Shown: positions 7,483 through 16,558 of the stretch, one piece after another
Layout: each line of letters begins with the position of its first letter
Numbering within the stretch: the first letter of the stretch is position 1
Assembly: GCA_029863585.1 (NCBI GenBank)
Contig: JAOTVC010000002.1
Location: 1 to 62,804 of the forward strand
DNA: 62,804 nt
Reading direction: 5' to 3'
From: Alphaproteobacteria bacterium
GTDB lineage: Bacteria > Pseudomonadota > Alphaproteobacteria > SMXQ01
Notes under the pieces: generated by a model
The model's database searches: none
Told to the model about the DNA's origin: nothing
What the model saw: the letters and a program-made list of their open reading frames with translations, nothing else
Program-made: the position numbers and the translations under genes

Positions 7483-9494
7483 TTCCTCCGGGGAGGGGAT
7501 CATTGAGACATCGGCAAACACATCGCCTTGTTTTGATCGCTCTTACCGTCGCCGCGGTGGGAGGGGCGACGAGGACTCTGGCGCAGGATCAACCTGCGGC
7601 GGAGACCGGCTTCAGAATCATGCCCCAAAGCACGGTCGAGGTCGGGGCGACGGGTGTCACGGGCGACACGCGCTATTTCGGCATGTTCAACGGGATGGCC
7701 GACGACGGCCTGTACGCGATCGCCGATGCCGACGTCGCCCTGCGCGAAGACGCGACGGGAACCTGGATGTGGTTTACGGCCCACAACCTTGGCCTCGACA
7801 GCAGAGAGCTCGGGTTCAGTCATGAGCGCCAAGGGGATTGGCGATACTTCATCGATCTCAGTCAGTTCACCTTTCGCAATCCGCTGGAGATCACGACCGG
7901 CTTGACGGGGATCGGCAAGCCCGATCAATCGGTATCCGGCACGGCGCTTCGCGAGGTCGACCTTGAAACCAAGCGCGAGCAGCTCAAGACGGGCTTCACG
8001 AAGCGGCTTGGCCGGAACCTCGACGTGAAGATGAAATTTCGCCATGAAGAAAAGCGGGGGGAACGGCAGTGGGGCGCGCAAGGGTTCAACTTCCTGACCG
8101 AGCCCGTCGATTTCGTCACGCGTGAGGTGACGGGCACGGCCGACTACACCGGACGGCGGCTGCAGCTGTCGGGCGGTTATATCGGCAGCTTCTTCACCAG
8201 CGCCCACGAAGTGCTGGACAATGATTCGAGCCAGCCCCGGATCGCCTTGCCGCCCGACAACTCGGCGCATCAGGTTCACCTGGCGGGCGCCTACGCCCTG
8301 ACGCCGACGACCCGGGCCACGTTCAAGGCATCCTACGGGATCGCCATCCAGGACGAGACCTTTTTCACGGCGCCGACCTTCGGCGGAAACACCCGCGGCG
8401 ATTTGGGTGGTCAGGTGAACACGACGCTCGTTCAGCTGGGGTTGACCGCGCGGCCGATGCGGAAACTGGCAGTCAATGCCAAGCTGCGCTACGACGACCG
8501 CGACGACCGCACCGACCGCGCGCAATACATTACCGCTTCCGCTTCGCGCAGCGGCTTCAATATCCCCTTCTCCCGCACCACCCTGACCGGCGACCTGGAA
8601 GCAATCTACAGCCTACCGCAAAGATTCCGCGTGATCGGCAGGCTCAAACAGGAAAATTGGAACCGCAGCAAACCGGTTCTACGCCAGGCCAGTTTTCGCG
8701 ACGACACCTACGAAACATCCTACGGGATCGAGCTCCGGCGCCCCCTCATGCACAACCTGGGAGGCTCCATTTCCTACACGCGGAGCGTCAAGAACGGTTC
8801 GCGGTGGCATGACGGCACTGATGGGGCGATCGACGCCATCAATCTGGCGGACCGGGAGCGCGACAAGGTTCGCCTGTCGCTGAGCTGGGTGCCTCAAGAA
8901 CGGCTGACGGCGCAGCTCAGCCTGGAATACTCGGACGACGTCTATGACAGCCGTCCTTTGGGGCCGCGCGACGGCAGCACGCTCTTGGCATCGCTCGATG
9001 TCGGTTATCAGCTGTCCCAAGACTGGAATGTGAACGCCTGGACGGCCCTGAGCGATTTCCGCCTCGACCAAGCTTCCAACGGCGACGGGACGGCTGTTGG
9101 CGGCGGCGCCATCACCGACGAGGACTGGGCGGCGGATCTCCAGCATCTTGGGATCGCGGCGGGGTTCGGGGTCCGTGGCCGCCTCACGGACAGCCTCACC
9201 ACGGGTGCCGAGGCGCAATATTCCACGGACCGGAGCAAGCACGAATTGACCGGCCTGGACGCTTCGGTCATCCCGAACCTGCCGGACATCCGCTACCGCC
9301 AGGCAAGTGTCGGCCTGTTCCTGGATTACAAGATCTCGGCCAGCAGGCGCATCCGGCTGAATTACGGATATTCACGGATCGTGGCGAAGGATTGGACATG
9401 GGAGTCCTGGACCTTTGCCGACGGCACGACGATAGAGATCCCCGGACGGGAAGAGACCCATTTCATCGGCATCGCGTATTCCCATCGATGGTAA
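7479..9494 (+). CDS. MtrB/PioB family decaheme-associated outer-membrane beta-barrel protein
   Basis: ATG 7479 is in frame with track ORF 7404..9494 and overlaps the mtrA-like stop. Signal-like N-terminus (LVLIALTVAAVGGATRTLAQ). About 670 aa, Y/G/D/T/R-rich strand pattern, C-terminal …IGIAYSHRW (aromatic terminus). Position directly after a decaheme cytochrome. Confidence 0.85.
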   Translation: MIPPGRGSLRHRQTHRLVLIALTVAAVGGATRTLAQDQPAAETGFRIMPQSTVEVGATGVTGDTRYFGMFNGMADDGLYAIADADVALREDATGTWMWFTAHNLGLDSRELGFSHERQGDWRYFIDLSQFTFRNPLEITTGLTGIGKPDQSVSGTALREVDLETKREQLKTGFTKRLGRNLDVKMKFRHEEKRGERQWGAQGFNFLTEPVDFVTREVTGTADYTGRRLQLSGGYIGSFFTSAHEVLDNDSSQPRIALPPDNSAHQVHLAGAYALTPTTRATFKASYGIAIQDETFFTAPTFGGNTRGDLGGQVNTTLVQLGLTARPMRKLAVNAKLRYDDRDDRTDRAQYITASASRSGFNIPFSRTTLTGDLEAIYSLPQRFRVIGRLKQENWNRSKPVLRQASFRDDTYETSYGIELRRPLMHNLGGSISYTRSVKNGSRWHDGTDGAIDAINLADRERDKVRLSLSWVPQERLTAQLSLEYSDDVYDSRPLGPRDGSTLLASLDVGYQLSQDWNVNAWTALSDFRLDQASNGDGTAVGGGAITDEDWAADLQHLGIAAGFGVRGRLTDSLTTGAEAQYSTDRSKHELTGLDASVIPNLPDIRYRQASVGLFLDYKISASRRIRLNYGYSRIVAKDWTWESWTFADGTTIEIPGREETHFIGIAYSHRW

Positions 9495-9960
9495 CCCTGT
9501 CCCGGTGGAATCAACGTGCCGCTTTAGTCGGGCAATGCACCCGCCAAATTCACCAGTCTCCTCCGCCTAACACCGCAGCTTCTGCATCGGGCGCTCGCCC
9601 ATCGATGAAAGAAAACCTGCTCCATCCGGGATTGTCAGGTCCGCTTCTTTAATCGGACATCGGGCAGCTTTATTTGCGTAAAGTCTCGAGGCGGCGGGCC
9701 GATGTGAGATCCGAGCAAGATTTTGGTTTTCCCGTCCGCAATTGGGTCGTTATCATTGCCCCGGCTGCGGCCGGCCCCAAACGACAGGGGAAGGGGGGCT
9801 GGTTCCGCGGCTTTGCAAAGGCGCGACGGCCTACATGGATCAATATGGGGCTCGCTTGCCATCGCATTTGGAACTTCGGCCTTGAAGGCCTTCCCTGACG
9901 GTTCCAACGCGGTGTCCCGGAACGTGCCGCCAAAACTTTATCCCAACGGGAGGCAACAAC

Positions 9961-11163
9961 ATGGGCGATATCAATGGAACGGGAACGGCGGCCTTGCCAT
10001 GCATTCTGGCCGGGGCGGCGGCGTTCGCACTTGCCGTCGGTGCTGTCGGCCAAGCATCGGCAGAAACGCCGGCATCGGGCCTAAAGCTTGCCAAGGAGTT
10101 CAAGGTTTCCGCCGAGGCGATGGCGAAATGGGAAGACGAACACAAGGTGCCGGCCGCTTGGATCGCGGGGGCCAAGAAAACCGGCCAACTCCGGGTCAGC
10201 GGGACCAATAGGCCCCGGGACTTCAACCGGCTTGTCGCCCCGTTCAGCGAGCGCTACCCGTTCCTAAAGATCGACTACACCCGGGGCAGCCGGAACACCC
10301 GGGTCATCAAGCCCATCATCGCCTACCGCGAAGGCAGGATCATCACCGACGTGGTGGACGGGCTCAACACGGGTCTCGCTCTCTTCCAGAAGGCCGGCGC
10401 CCTCACGAATCTTTCCGACCTCCCCAATCGCGCCAACATTCCCGCCAAGTTTGCGGTCGGCGACAAGCCCTGGATCCTGGCCCGCCTGCGCTATTACTGC
10501 CTGGCCTACAACACGAAGCTGGTGAAAAAGAGCGAGCTGCCGAAAACCTGGGACGATCTCAAGAACTCTACGGCCCTGCAAGACCGCAAGACGGCGCTTT
10601 GGTCGGGCGTCGGCGCGTGGTTGCTGCCGTTGTGGGGCGAAAAGGGCCCCGAATGGACCAGCCAGTTCATCCGGGACGTCTACGGCAAGCTCAAGCCCGA
10701 GCGTCGCAAGGAGGGCATGACCGCGCTCACCGCCCTGACGGGCGCCGGCGAGTTCAAGGCCACCCTCGCGGTTGCCGCCTACATGGTCACGAGAGTGAGC
10801 GAGAAGGGCGCGCCGGTCGCGTTCCATTGCCCGGATACGGTGATGGTGAACCCTTCGGTCATGGGCCTCATCAAGGGCAGCCCGAACACCGATGCCGGCA
10901 AGCTGTTCCTCAACTGGCTGTTGAGCCTGGAAGGGCAGTTGTCCCAGTATCGTCACAACGGGGCACGGCCCATTCACAAGGCCCTGCAAACCAAACAGTT
11001 CGTCCCCTTCCCCGAGGAAGTCCTGGGCAAGCCCCTCGCGTTTCACGACCCTGGGCTGCAGGCCGCCGATCTGCCCAAGCTGATGAAGGTCTGGGACCCT
11101 TTCTGGAAAGCCGCCGGCGGGCCGAAGGGTGAGCGGAAGAAGCGCAAGCGTAAGAGCAATTAG
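9961..11163 (+). CDS. periplasmic solute-binding protein (ABC-type family-1, Fe(III)/polyamine-like fold), no transporter partners nearby
   Basis: Signal peptide (AALPCILAGAAAFALAVGAVGQASA). About 400 aa with type-2 PBP-like sequence. Unusual basic tail GPKGERKKRKRKSN. SD GGGAGG lies upstream of the ATG. Confidence 0.75.
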   Translation: MGDINGTGTAALPCILAGAAAFALAVGAVGQASAETPASGLKLAKEFKVSAEAMAKWEDEHKVPAAWIAGAKKTGQLRVSGTNRPRDFNRLVAPFSERYPFLKIDYTRGSRNTRVIKPIIAYREGRIITDVVDGLNTGLALFQKAGALTNLSDLPNRANIPAKFAVGDKPWILARLRYYCLAYNTKLVKKSELPKTWDDLKNSTALQDRKTALWSGVGAWLLPLWGEKGPEWTSQFIRDVYGKLKPERRKEGMTALTALTGAGEFKATLAVAAYMVTRVSEKGAPVAFHCPDTVMVNPSVMGLIKGSPNTDAGKLFLNWLLSLEGQLSQYRHNGARPIHKALQTKQFVPFPEEVLGKPLAFHDPGLQAADLPKLMKVWDPFWKAAGGPKGERKKRKRKSN

Positions 11164-11243
11164 CCCAGCCCCGGTTTCGCCCTTTAGGCGCTCGCTGGCG
11201 ACGGCGGGACCAGCGATCGGTCCCGCCGGCCCCGGCTCACGAC

Positions 11244-12509
11244 TTATGCCGCCGGTTGCTTTTGGGCGAGGGCGCGGCGGCAATAGCTCGGCCCGTCCTC
11301 GTCGTCCTCGATGTAATCCGCGGCACAGATGAAATCGGCGAAGATGCCCTGTGAGGGGTCGCGGATCTGGCCCGGTGCGGCCTTGCCGTCCCCAATATCC
11401 TTGATCGCACCCAGGAGGGTGCGGCGCACCGCCGTGATGACGACGTCGCTCGAACCGAGCATCTCCTTGGTGCGGTCCTGGATGGCGCCTTGGGTCTCGA
11501 TCGCGAATGCGTCCTGCGACGGGAAATGGGTCCCCATGCCGCTCCAGCTATCGTCACGCTTCATTTCCTCGCGGTTCTGCAAATAGCGATTCTCGGCGCG
11601 CCTGACGTGCCGAAGATCGGGCGCCACATTCTTCTCCCGGTTTTTCCTCAGCCTCTCCTTATCCATGGGCTTGTCGCGGCTGTAGAAGAACTCGAACCGG
11701 TAATGGCTCAAATCGTCGATGGGTACATAAATGCGCCCCTGATAGGAAACATCGTCCCCCGATTGGGATGCCGTCGTGCCGCTGGGGTAGACGTAATTGT
11801 TGACCCGCAGATACTTGCGGCCATTGGGGGAGTTGTGGATGGCGTAGATCCGCGTGCCGAAGCTCGTATCCTCCGTACCGATCGCGGGCGGATGGGTGCC
11901 CCTCACGGCGCTGACATCGGTCCCGGAACGCTTGCTCCGTATGCCGGGGGGCCGGCGGTGCAGGAAGGTCGTGTGCGCGGGATCGATGGAACTCTCCAGG
12001 CCCTGCAGCCAGCTGGACAATTGCTTCACCCGGAAGGCGAGCCGGTTGGGTTCCGGCGCCGTCAGGAACTGGAAGTCGGGGATCAAGGGCGGCGTGCCCT
12101 CGCCGAGATAGGCCCAGATGGCGCCGCCCTTCTCCTCGACCGGATAGGCGGTATGGTGGATCCTGTCGCAGAATTTCCGCCCCTCGGGTTCCGCCGGCTG
12201 ATCGAGGCAGTTGCCCTCGATATCGAACAGCCAGCCGTGATAGAGGCAGCGCAGACCGCCATCCTCCACCCGTCCGTATGAGAGGTCGGTGCCGCGATGG
12301 GGGCAATGCTGCCCGATCAGCCCGAGGCGGCCCTGATCGTCGCGGAACAGCACCAGATCCTCGCTCATGATACGGATCGGCATGGGATCGCCGCCCGGCG
12401 GCATTTCCTCGGCCGTCGCGACCGGCTGCCAGTAGCTCCGCAACAGGCGGCCGCAGGGCGTGCCCGGCCCCGTCTCCGTGATCAGTTCGTTCTGCTCTTT
12501 CGAAAGCAT
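11244..12509 (-). CDS. Rieske [2Fe-2S] non-heme-iron oxygenase, alpha/oxygenase subunit
   Basis: Rieske motif CPHRGTDL…CLYHGW. Mononuclear iron motif DPAHTTFLH (D-x2-H-x4-H). 421 aa. Confidence 0.9.
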   Translation of the reverse strand: MLSKEQNELITETGPGTPCGRLLRSYWQPVATAEEMPPGGDPMPIRIMSEDLVLFRDDQGRLGLIGQHCPHRGTDLSYGRVEDGGLRCLYHGWLFDIEGNCLDQPAEPEGRKFCDRIHHTAYPVEEKGGAIWAYLGEGTPPLIPDFQFLTAPEPNRLAFRVKQLSSWLQGLESSIDPAHTTFLHRRPPGIRSKRSGTDVSAVRGTHPPAIGTEDTSFGTRIYAIHNSPNGRKYLRVNNYVYPSGTTASQSGDDVSYQGRIYVPIDDLSHYRFEFFYSRDKPMDKERLRKNREKNVAPDLRHVRRAENRYLQNREEMKRDDSWSGMGTHFPSQDAFAIETQGAIQDRTKEMLGSSDVVITAVRRTLLGAIKDIGDGKAAPGQIRDPSQGIFADFICAADYIEDDEDGPSYCRRALAQKQPAA

Positions 12510-12888
12510 GGTGGGTCTTCCTCTTCAATGGCCGCCCCAGCCAACCTGGTCCGAAATGTGCGCGTACGCGGCCTGGTCCGGCCCGCGGCGCGATCGGGAA
12601 CGCGGCAAGCCTGCGAGAGATGCGGGGCAAGGCTGCGGTCTCGCGGCAAACTTGCGAACATTTGCTTCGGTGAAATACTAAAAGAGGTGCCTGACCCAGT
12701 CTATCGAGTGAGTTGCGTCCGCTGTCAATGAGGTGGGCAACTCCCATTCCTCGCGACCGGTGAACTCCGCGACCATGTCTCGATCGATGCCGGCGGGTCA
12801 GAGCCGTCCCTCCGATCATGAGCGGCCATCGGGTTCGCGGGCCTAAATGAAGGCTCCCGACATCACATCGTGGCTGGACGGCCCGATA

Positions 12889-13398
12889 TCATTTCACGGT
12901 GACGCAGGGACATTTGGCCAAATGGATGACCTTGTGCGACACGCTACCCATCACTAATCCCTCAAGATCGCTTAGGCCGCGTGAGCCGATGACGATCAGG
13001 TCGGCTTTTGCGGTTTCAGCTGCCGCGACGATTTCTTCCGCGGCATCTCCTTGGGCGAGTACGCGGGAAATCTCTTTTATCCCGCACTCGCGAACTGTGT
13101 CATTTGCGCGATCCAGAACGGCGTTACCAAGAAATTCGATGGCCGATTGTGGTGCCGGCAAAGGGGCAACAATACTCATGTCAAATCCGCTGATTGCATC
13201 ACGCACACGCTTTATTTCGTCTTTCGCCGGTTGGGGAAGGTCCGACGCCTGCTCGGCCTCCTCCAAAGCCAAGTATGTCGGGGCAACGTGGACTACGGTA
13301 AGACGCCCGTTACAGGCGGCGGCAAGTTTGGCTCCAACTTCCAAAGCACGCTTCGAGTTCTCAGAGCCATCCGTAGCAACGACGATATTTTCAAACAT
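12889..13398 (-). CDS. universal stress protein (UspA family)
   Basis: Start taken at internal ATG (MFENIVVATDGSENSKRAL…) preceded by GGGGAG. C-terminal ATP-binding-type motif LIVIGSRGLSDLEGLVMGSVSHKV. Visibly AT-richer than its surroundings. Confidence 0.8.
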   Translation of the reverse strand: MFENIVVATDGSENSKRALEVGAKLAAACNGRLTVVHVAPTYLALEEAEQASDLPQPAKDEIKRVRDAISGFDMSIVAPLPAPQSAIEFLGNAVLDRANDTVRECGIKEISRVLAQGDAAEEIVAAAETAKADLIVIGSRGLSDLEGLVMGSVSHKVIHLAKCPCVTVK

Positions 13399-13672
13399 TT
13401 TCTGCTCCCCTGCTTGCTTCGTTATTTTCCGAAAATCTAAGCGGCTCGAAGCGATCAACCAACAGGGAGCGTCATGCTTTGTCAATGCCGGCGTATGTCC
13501 GCTTCGGGCCGAAAGCCATCATCAGGTCAACGGCGCAGGAGGGGCGTTTTCCATTGACAGGGTGCGTCTGCCCGCCGATCTTGCTTTCGTTTCATGGCGT
13601 TGCGTGGCTGAGGCTGGGAGACTTTTTCCCAATAAAAACCGACCGAGATCCGGCGATCGACTGGGGGACAGA

Positions 13673-14587
13673 ATGGCGACGAACAAAACACCGGTGAAAT
13701 TGGCAGTGATGAATGCGGTGCATGACCTGCCGGTATTGGTGGCCCGCGACGAGGGGTTTTTCAAGGACGAAGGGCTGGATATCGAATTTGTGACGACCCC
13801 GGGCATGGCGCAGGTCACGACGTCCCACAAGGTCCAGTTCGACTCCGTGTTCGAGCGCCCGCTCGATTCCGTCTATAACGAAGGCGGCATCGATCAATAT
13901 CGTATGTGCGAATGGGGTATCGTCAAGCGCGCCGTCGAGGCCGAGGCGAGCGGTTTGCGTCCGCGCAAGATCGTTTCCCTGGGCGCGTCCATGTCGATGT
14001 TTGCGATCGTCGTCAGCCCGGACTCGAATTTCTATGAGCCGGAAATGCTCAAGGGCAAGCCGATTGCGGTCACCCCCAATAATGGATCGCATTTCGTGAC
14101 CTTGAAAATGATCGAAGGGTTCTTGAAGAAAGAACACGTCAAGGTGACCAACGCCGGAACGATGCCGCAACGGATCGAAGCGCTCAAAAAGGGCGACGTC
14201 GCCGCGGTCAGTCTGATGGAACCGTGGATCAGCGTGGCCGAAAAAGAAGGCCTTCGTGTGTTGATGGAAGCGCATTCGACCCGCGCCGAGGCGGCGACCG
14301 ATGATCTCGACGGGCCGACGCTCGCGGCGATGTTCCGCGCCCAAGCCCGTGCCTGCGAAGTGCTGGCCAAGGATCCGACGCCGTATGTGCATTACTTCGT
14401 CAATGAGGCCGGCGGGCGGCTGGAAGCCAAAGACTTCCGTCATCAGCGGCTATTGCATGCCCCGCCGCAGCCCTATACGCGCGAGCGCTGGGACGATACC
14501 TATAACTGGACCGTCGGCTGGGATATGACCATGCCGGGGTCCAGCTACGAAAAGATCGTCGATAACCGTGCCTTCGAACAGGGCTGA
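13673..14587 (+). CDS. NMT1/THI5-like (SsuA/TauA-type binding-protein fold) protein without signal peptide
   Basis: ATG 13673 is in frame with track ORF 12899..14587 and preceded by GGGGGA. N-terminus KLAVMNAVHDLPVLVARDEGFFKDEGLDIEFV is typical of the NMT1/ABC nitrate-sulfonate binding family. No hydrophobic leader. Confidence 0.7.
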   Translation: MATNKTPVKLAVMNAVHDLPVLVARDEGFFKDEGLDIEFVTTPGMAQVTTSHKVQFDSVFERPLDSVYNEGGIDQYRMCEWGIVKRAVEAEASGLRPRKIVSLGASMSMFAIVVSPDSNFYEPEMLKGKPIAVTPNNGSHFVTLKMIEGFLKKEHVKVTNAGTMPQRIEALKKGDVAAVSLMEPWISVAEKEGLRVLMEAHSTRAEAATDDLDGPTLAAMFRAQARACEVLAKDPTPYVHYFVNEAGGRLEAKDFRHQRLLHAPPQPYTRERWDDTYNWTVGWDMTMPGSSYEKIVDNRAFEQG

Positions 14588-14680
14588 TCGAAGCGGTTGT
14601 CTTTGGCCCCCGGGTCGCCACCCCTGGCGCCGGGCTCCCGCGGCCTTGCTCCGACAAAGTCCGGCAAAGGATGGGCCGAA

Positions 14681-16471
14681 TTAGTACCAGGTGCTGGAGA
14701 GGCCGAGAAAGAAGGCGCGGGCGCCCTGGCGCAGATTGACCACCGAGTAGCCGCCTTCCTGGACGACCAGGATCGGGTGGCCGAGCCGCCCGAGCGCGGT
14801 GCCGATACTGCGCATTCCCCGAACCGTCACGTTGAACGATCCCGTGGGATCGCCCTTCATGATGTCGAAACCGAGGGAGACAACGAGAAATTCCGGACCG
14901 AACCGCTTGATTTGCCGCAACGCCTCGTCCAGCACCTTGAGATAGCGGCCGTCGTCGACACCCCTTCGCAGCGGATAGTTCCTGTTGAATCCCTTGCCCT
15001 CTCCTTCGCCGCGCTCGTCCTCGAACCCGGCAAAATGCGGGTAGGACAGGCTTGGCGTTCCATGGATCGACAGGGTGTAGACGTCCGCGCGCCGGTAAAA
15101 GATCTCCTGGGACCCGTTGCCGTGGTGATAGTCGATGTCCAAGAGGGCAACCCGGCCGCTCTTGGAGAGATGGTGGGCCGCGACCGCGGCATTGTTGAGA
15201 TAGCAGAACCCACCGTAGACCGATCGTTCGGCGTGATGGCCGGGAGGACGGCAGAGCGCGTAGGCGATCCGCTCGCCGTTCAGAATCAGCTCCGCGCCGG
15301 TCAGGGCCGCATCCACGGCATCACGTGCCGCCGGCCAGGCGTTGTGGGTCAGCGGGGTGAAGGTGTCGACGCAAAAATATCCCGCGCGCGAGGCCAGCTC
15401 GCGCGGCCGGCGCTCCGGACGCCTGATCGGAAACACTTCGGGGTATACCAACTCATCGGGCTTCAGCCGCTCGCACACCGCTTCCAGATAATGAACGAGA
15501 TGGGGATCATGCACCTCGCGGACCGGTGCAAGGCCGAACCTTCGCCTGGGCAAGGTCTCAATCGGTAATTCACGCAGCCCGCGGAGCACGGCGTCGACCC
15601 GGACCGGCCGCTCGACATAGCCGCGTTCCTTCAGATGGTGAATGCTGTGGCGCTCGCTGACGACCACCTTGATCGGCCGTAACCAGCGGTTTGGTTCGGT
15701 AGGCAATGGGGTTGAGGATTCGGTATAGACGGGCGGGCGGATTTGAACGGGATCGTCCCTGAAAGACCTCGTGATTTGCCGCGCATAGGGATGATTGCTG
15801 GCGAGGCCGTACTGGGCATGAAACATGCGCCGCACGAACCGCCTGGCCTCGCGTGCAGACAACGGCCCCTTTCGATCCAGCGGGTCGAACAACAGAAACG
15901 TCTGATAGCCCTCGTTGGCCGGATTCGGCACCGCGTCGTACAAGGTGCCGACGATCGGCCGGGCACCGTAACGTTCGTAAAACTTCAGCCGGCTGCGGTT
16001 GATGCGCAACAGCTCCGGATGCCGCAGCTTCGCCTTCTCGTCCGGCCCCGCGTCGAAGAACATTCCGCGCGCGCCCTTGGCCACGAGCAGCTCACGGGTC
16101 GCCTCGTACAGCGCCCCGCCGATGCCGCGGGCGCGCCGTTCGGGGTGGCTTGCAATGTAGTAAAGGTAGCCGAAGCGAAGATCGGGGAAATAAAGGTTGA
16201 AGGAAAAGCCGAGAACCTGGCCCCGTCCGTCCTCCGCCAACAACAATATCCAGCCGAAGTCTTCGGGAACCCGACTTTCAGCCAGGCCGACCATGCGGTC
16301 CAGTATGGCGACCTCCTCGGGGAAGGTGAGCTTGAACATATCGACGACTTCGTCGAACTGGCGGCGGTCGGCGGTCGAGGCGAGATCGAAAAGGCGGCGG
16401 AAACGAATCACGGAGAAGCCTGCTGAGGGTGTTCGCCCGCTCCAGGTCATCCTGGCGGGACAGCGCTTCAA
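14681..16471 (-). CDS. fusion protein: N-terminal GNAT N-acetyltransferase domain + C-terminal histone-deacetylase/acetylpolyamine-amidohydrolase (Zn-dependent) domain
   Basis: GNAT motif A HPERRARGIGGALY in the first ~200 aa. HDAC signatures PPGHHA, DIDYHHGNG, SLGFDIMKGDP and QEGGY in the last ~320 aa. Start codon uncertain (alternatives within the first 45 codons). Confidence 0.85.
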   Translation of the reverse strand: MKRCPARMTWSGRTPSAGFSVIRFRRLFDLASTADRRQFDEVVDMFKLTFPEEVAILDRMVGLAESRVPEDFGWILLLAEDGRGQVLGFSFNLYFPDLRFGYLYYIASHPERRARGIGGALYEATRELLVAKGARGMFFDAGPDEKAKLRHPELLRINRSRLKFYERYGARPIVGTLYDAVPNPANEGYQTFLLFDPLDRKGPLSAREARRFVRRMFHAQYGLASNHPYARQITRSFRDDPVQIRPPVYTESSTPLPTEPNRWLRPIKVVVSERHSIHHLKERGYVERPVRVDAVLRGLRELPIETLPRRRFGLAPVREVHDPHLVHYLEAVCERLKPDELVYPEVFPIRRPERRPRELASRAGYFCVDTFTPLTHNAWPAARDAVDAALTGAELILNGERIAYALCRPPGHHAERSVYGGFCYLNNAAVAAHHLSKSGRVALLDIDYHHGNGSQEIFYRRADVYTLSIHGTPSLSYPHFAGFEDERGEGEGKGFNRNYPLRRGVDDGRYLKVLDEALRQIKRFGPEFLVVSLGFDIMKGDPTGSFNVTVRGMRSIGTALGRLGHPILVVQEGGYSVVNLRQGARAFFLGLSSTWY

Positions 16472-16558
16472 ATAAAGAGACCACCGACCGGCGTCAATAG
16501 ATCACGGCCAACAATCCTTCCGCGCTCATCGGCCGGAAAGACATCGTCGGAAACAGGG

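Noticed and set aside
9495-9960. A search of the 466-bp spacer after the MtrB-like gene for a small HiPIP/PioC-like or monoheme cytochrome ORF.
   Set aside because: No frame contains a Cys-rich or CXXCH-bearing ORF with a plausible start and signal peptide. The listed ORFs (9635..9907, 9674..9898, 9723..10211) are Arg/Gly/Pro-rich and overlap the binding-protein start.
12899-13672. The N-terminal 258 codons of the 562-aa track ORF 12899..14587.
   Set aside because: This part is antisense to a convincing Usp gene and is Ser/Arg/Ala-rich nonsense. The recognisable NMT1-like protein begins at the internal ATG 13673, which has its own SD.
13575-13672. A possible TPP riboswitch upstream of the NMT1/THI5-like gene (GGCTGAG…CCC…GATCCGG-cgatcga-CTGGGGGA).
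   Set aside because: Only fragments resemble the THI element. The GGGGTGC P2 strand, the exact CTGAGA, the ACCTGATC and the GCG-AGGGA pyrophosphate-sensor elements are missing or shifted. cmsearch with RF00059 would settle it. I expect no significant hit.
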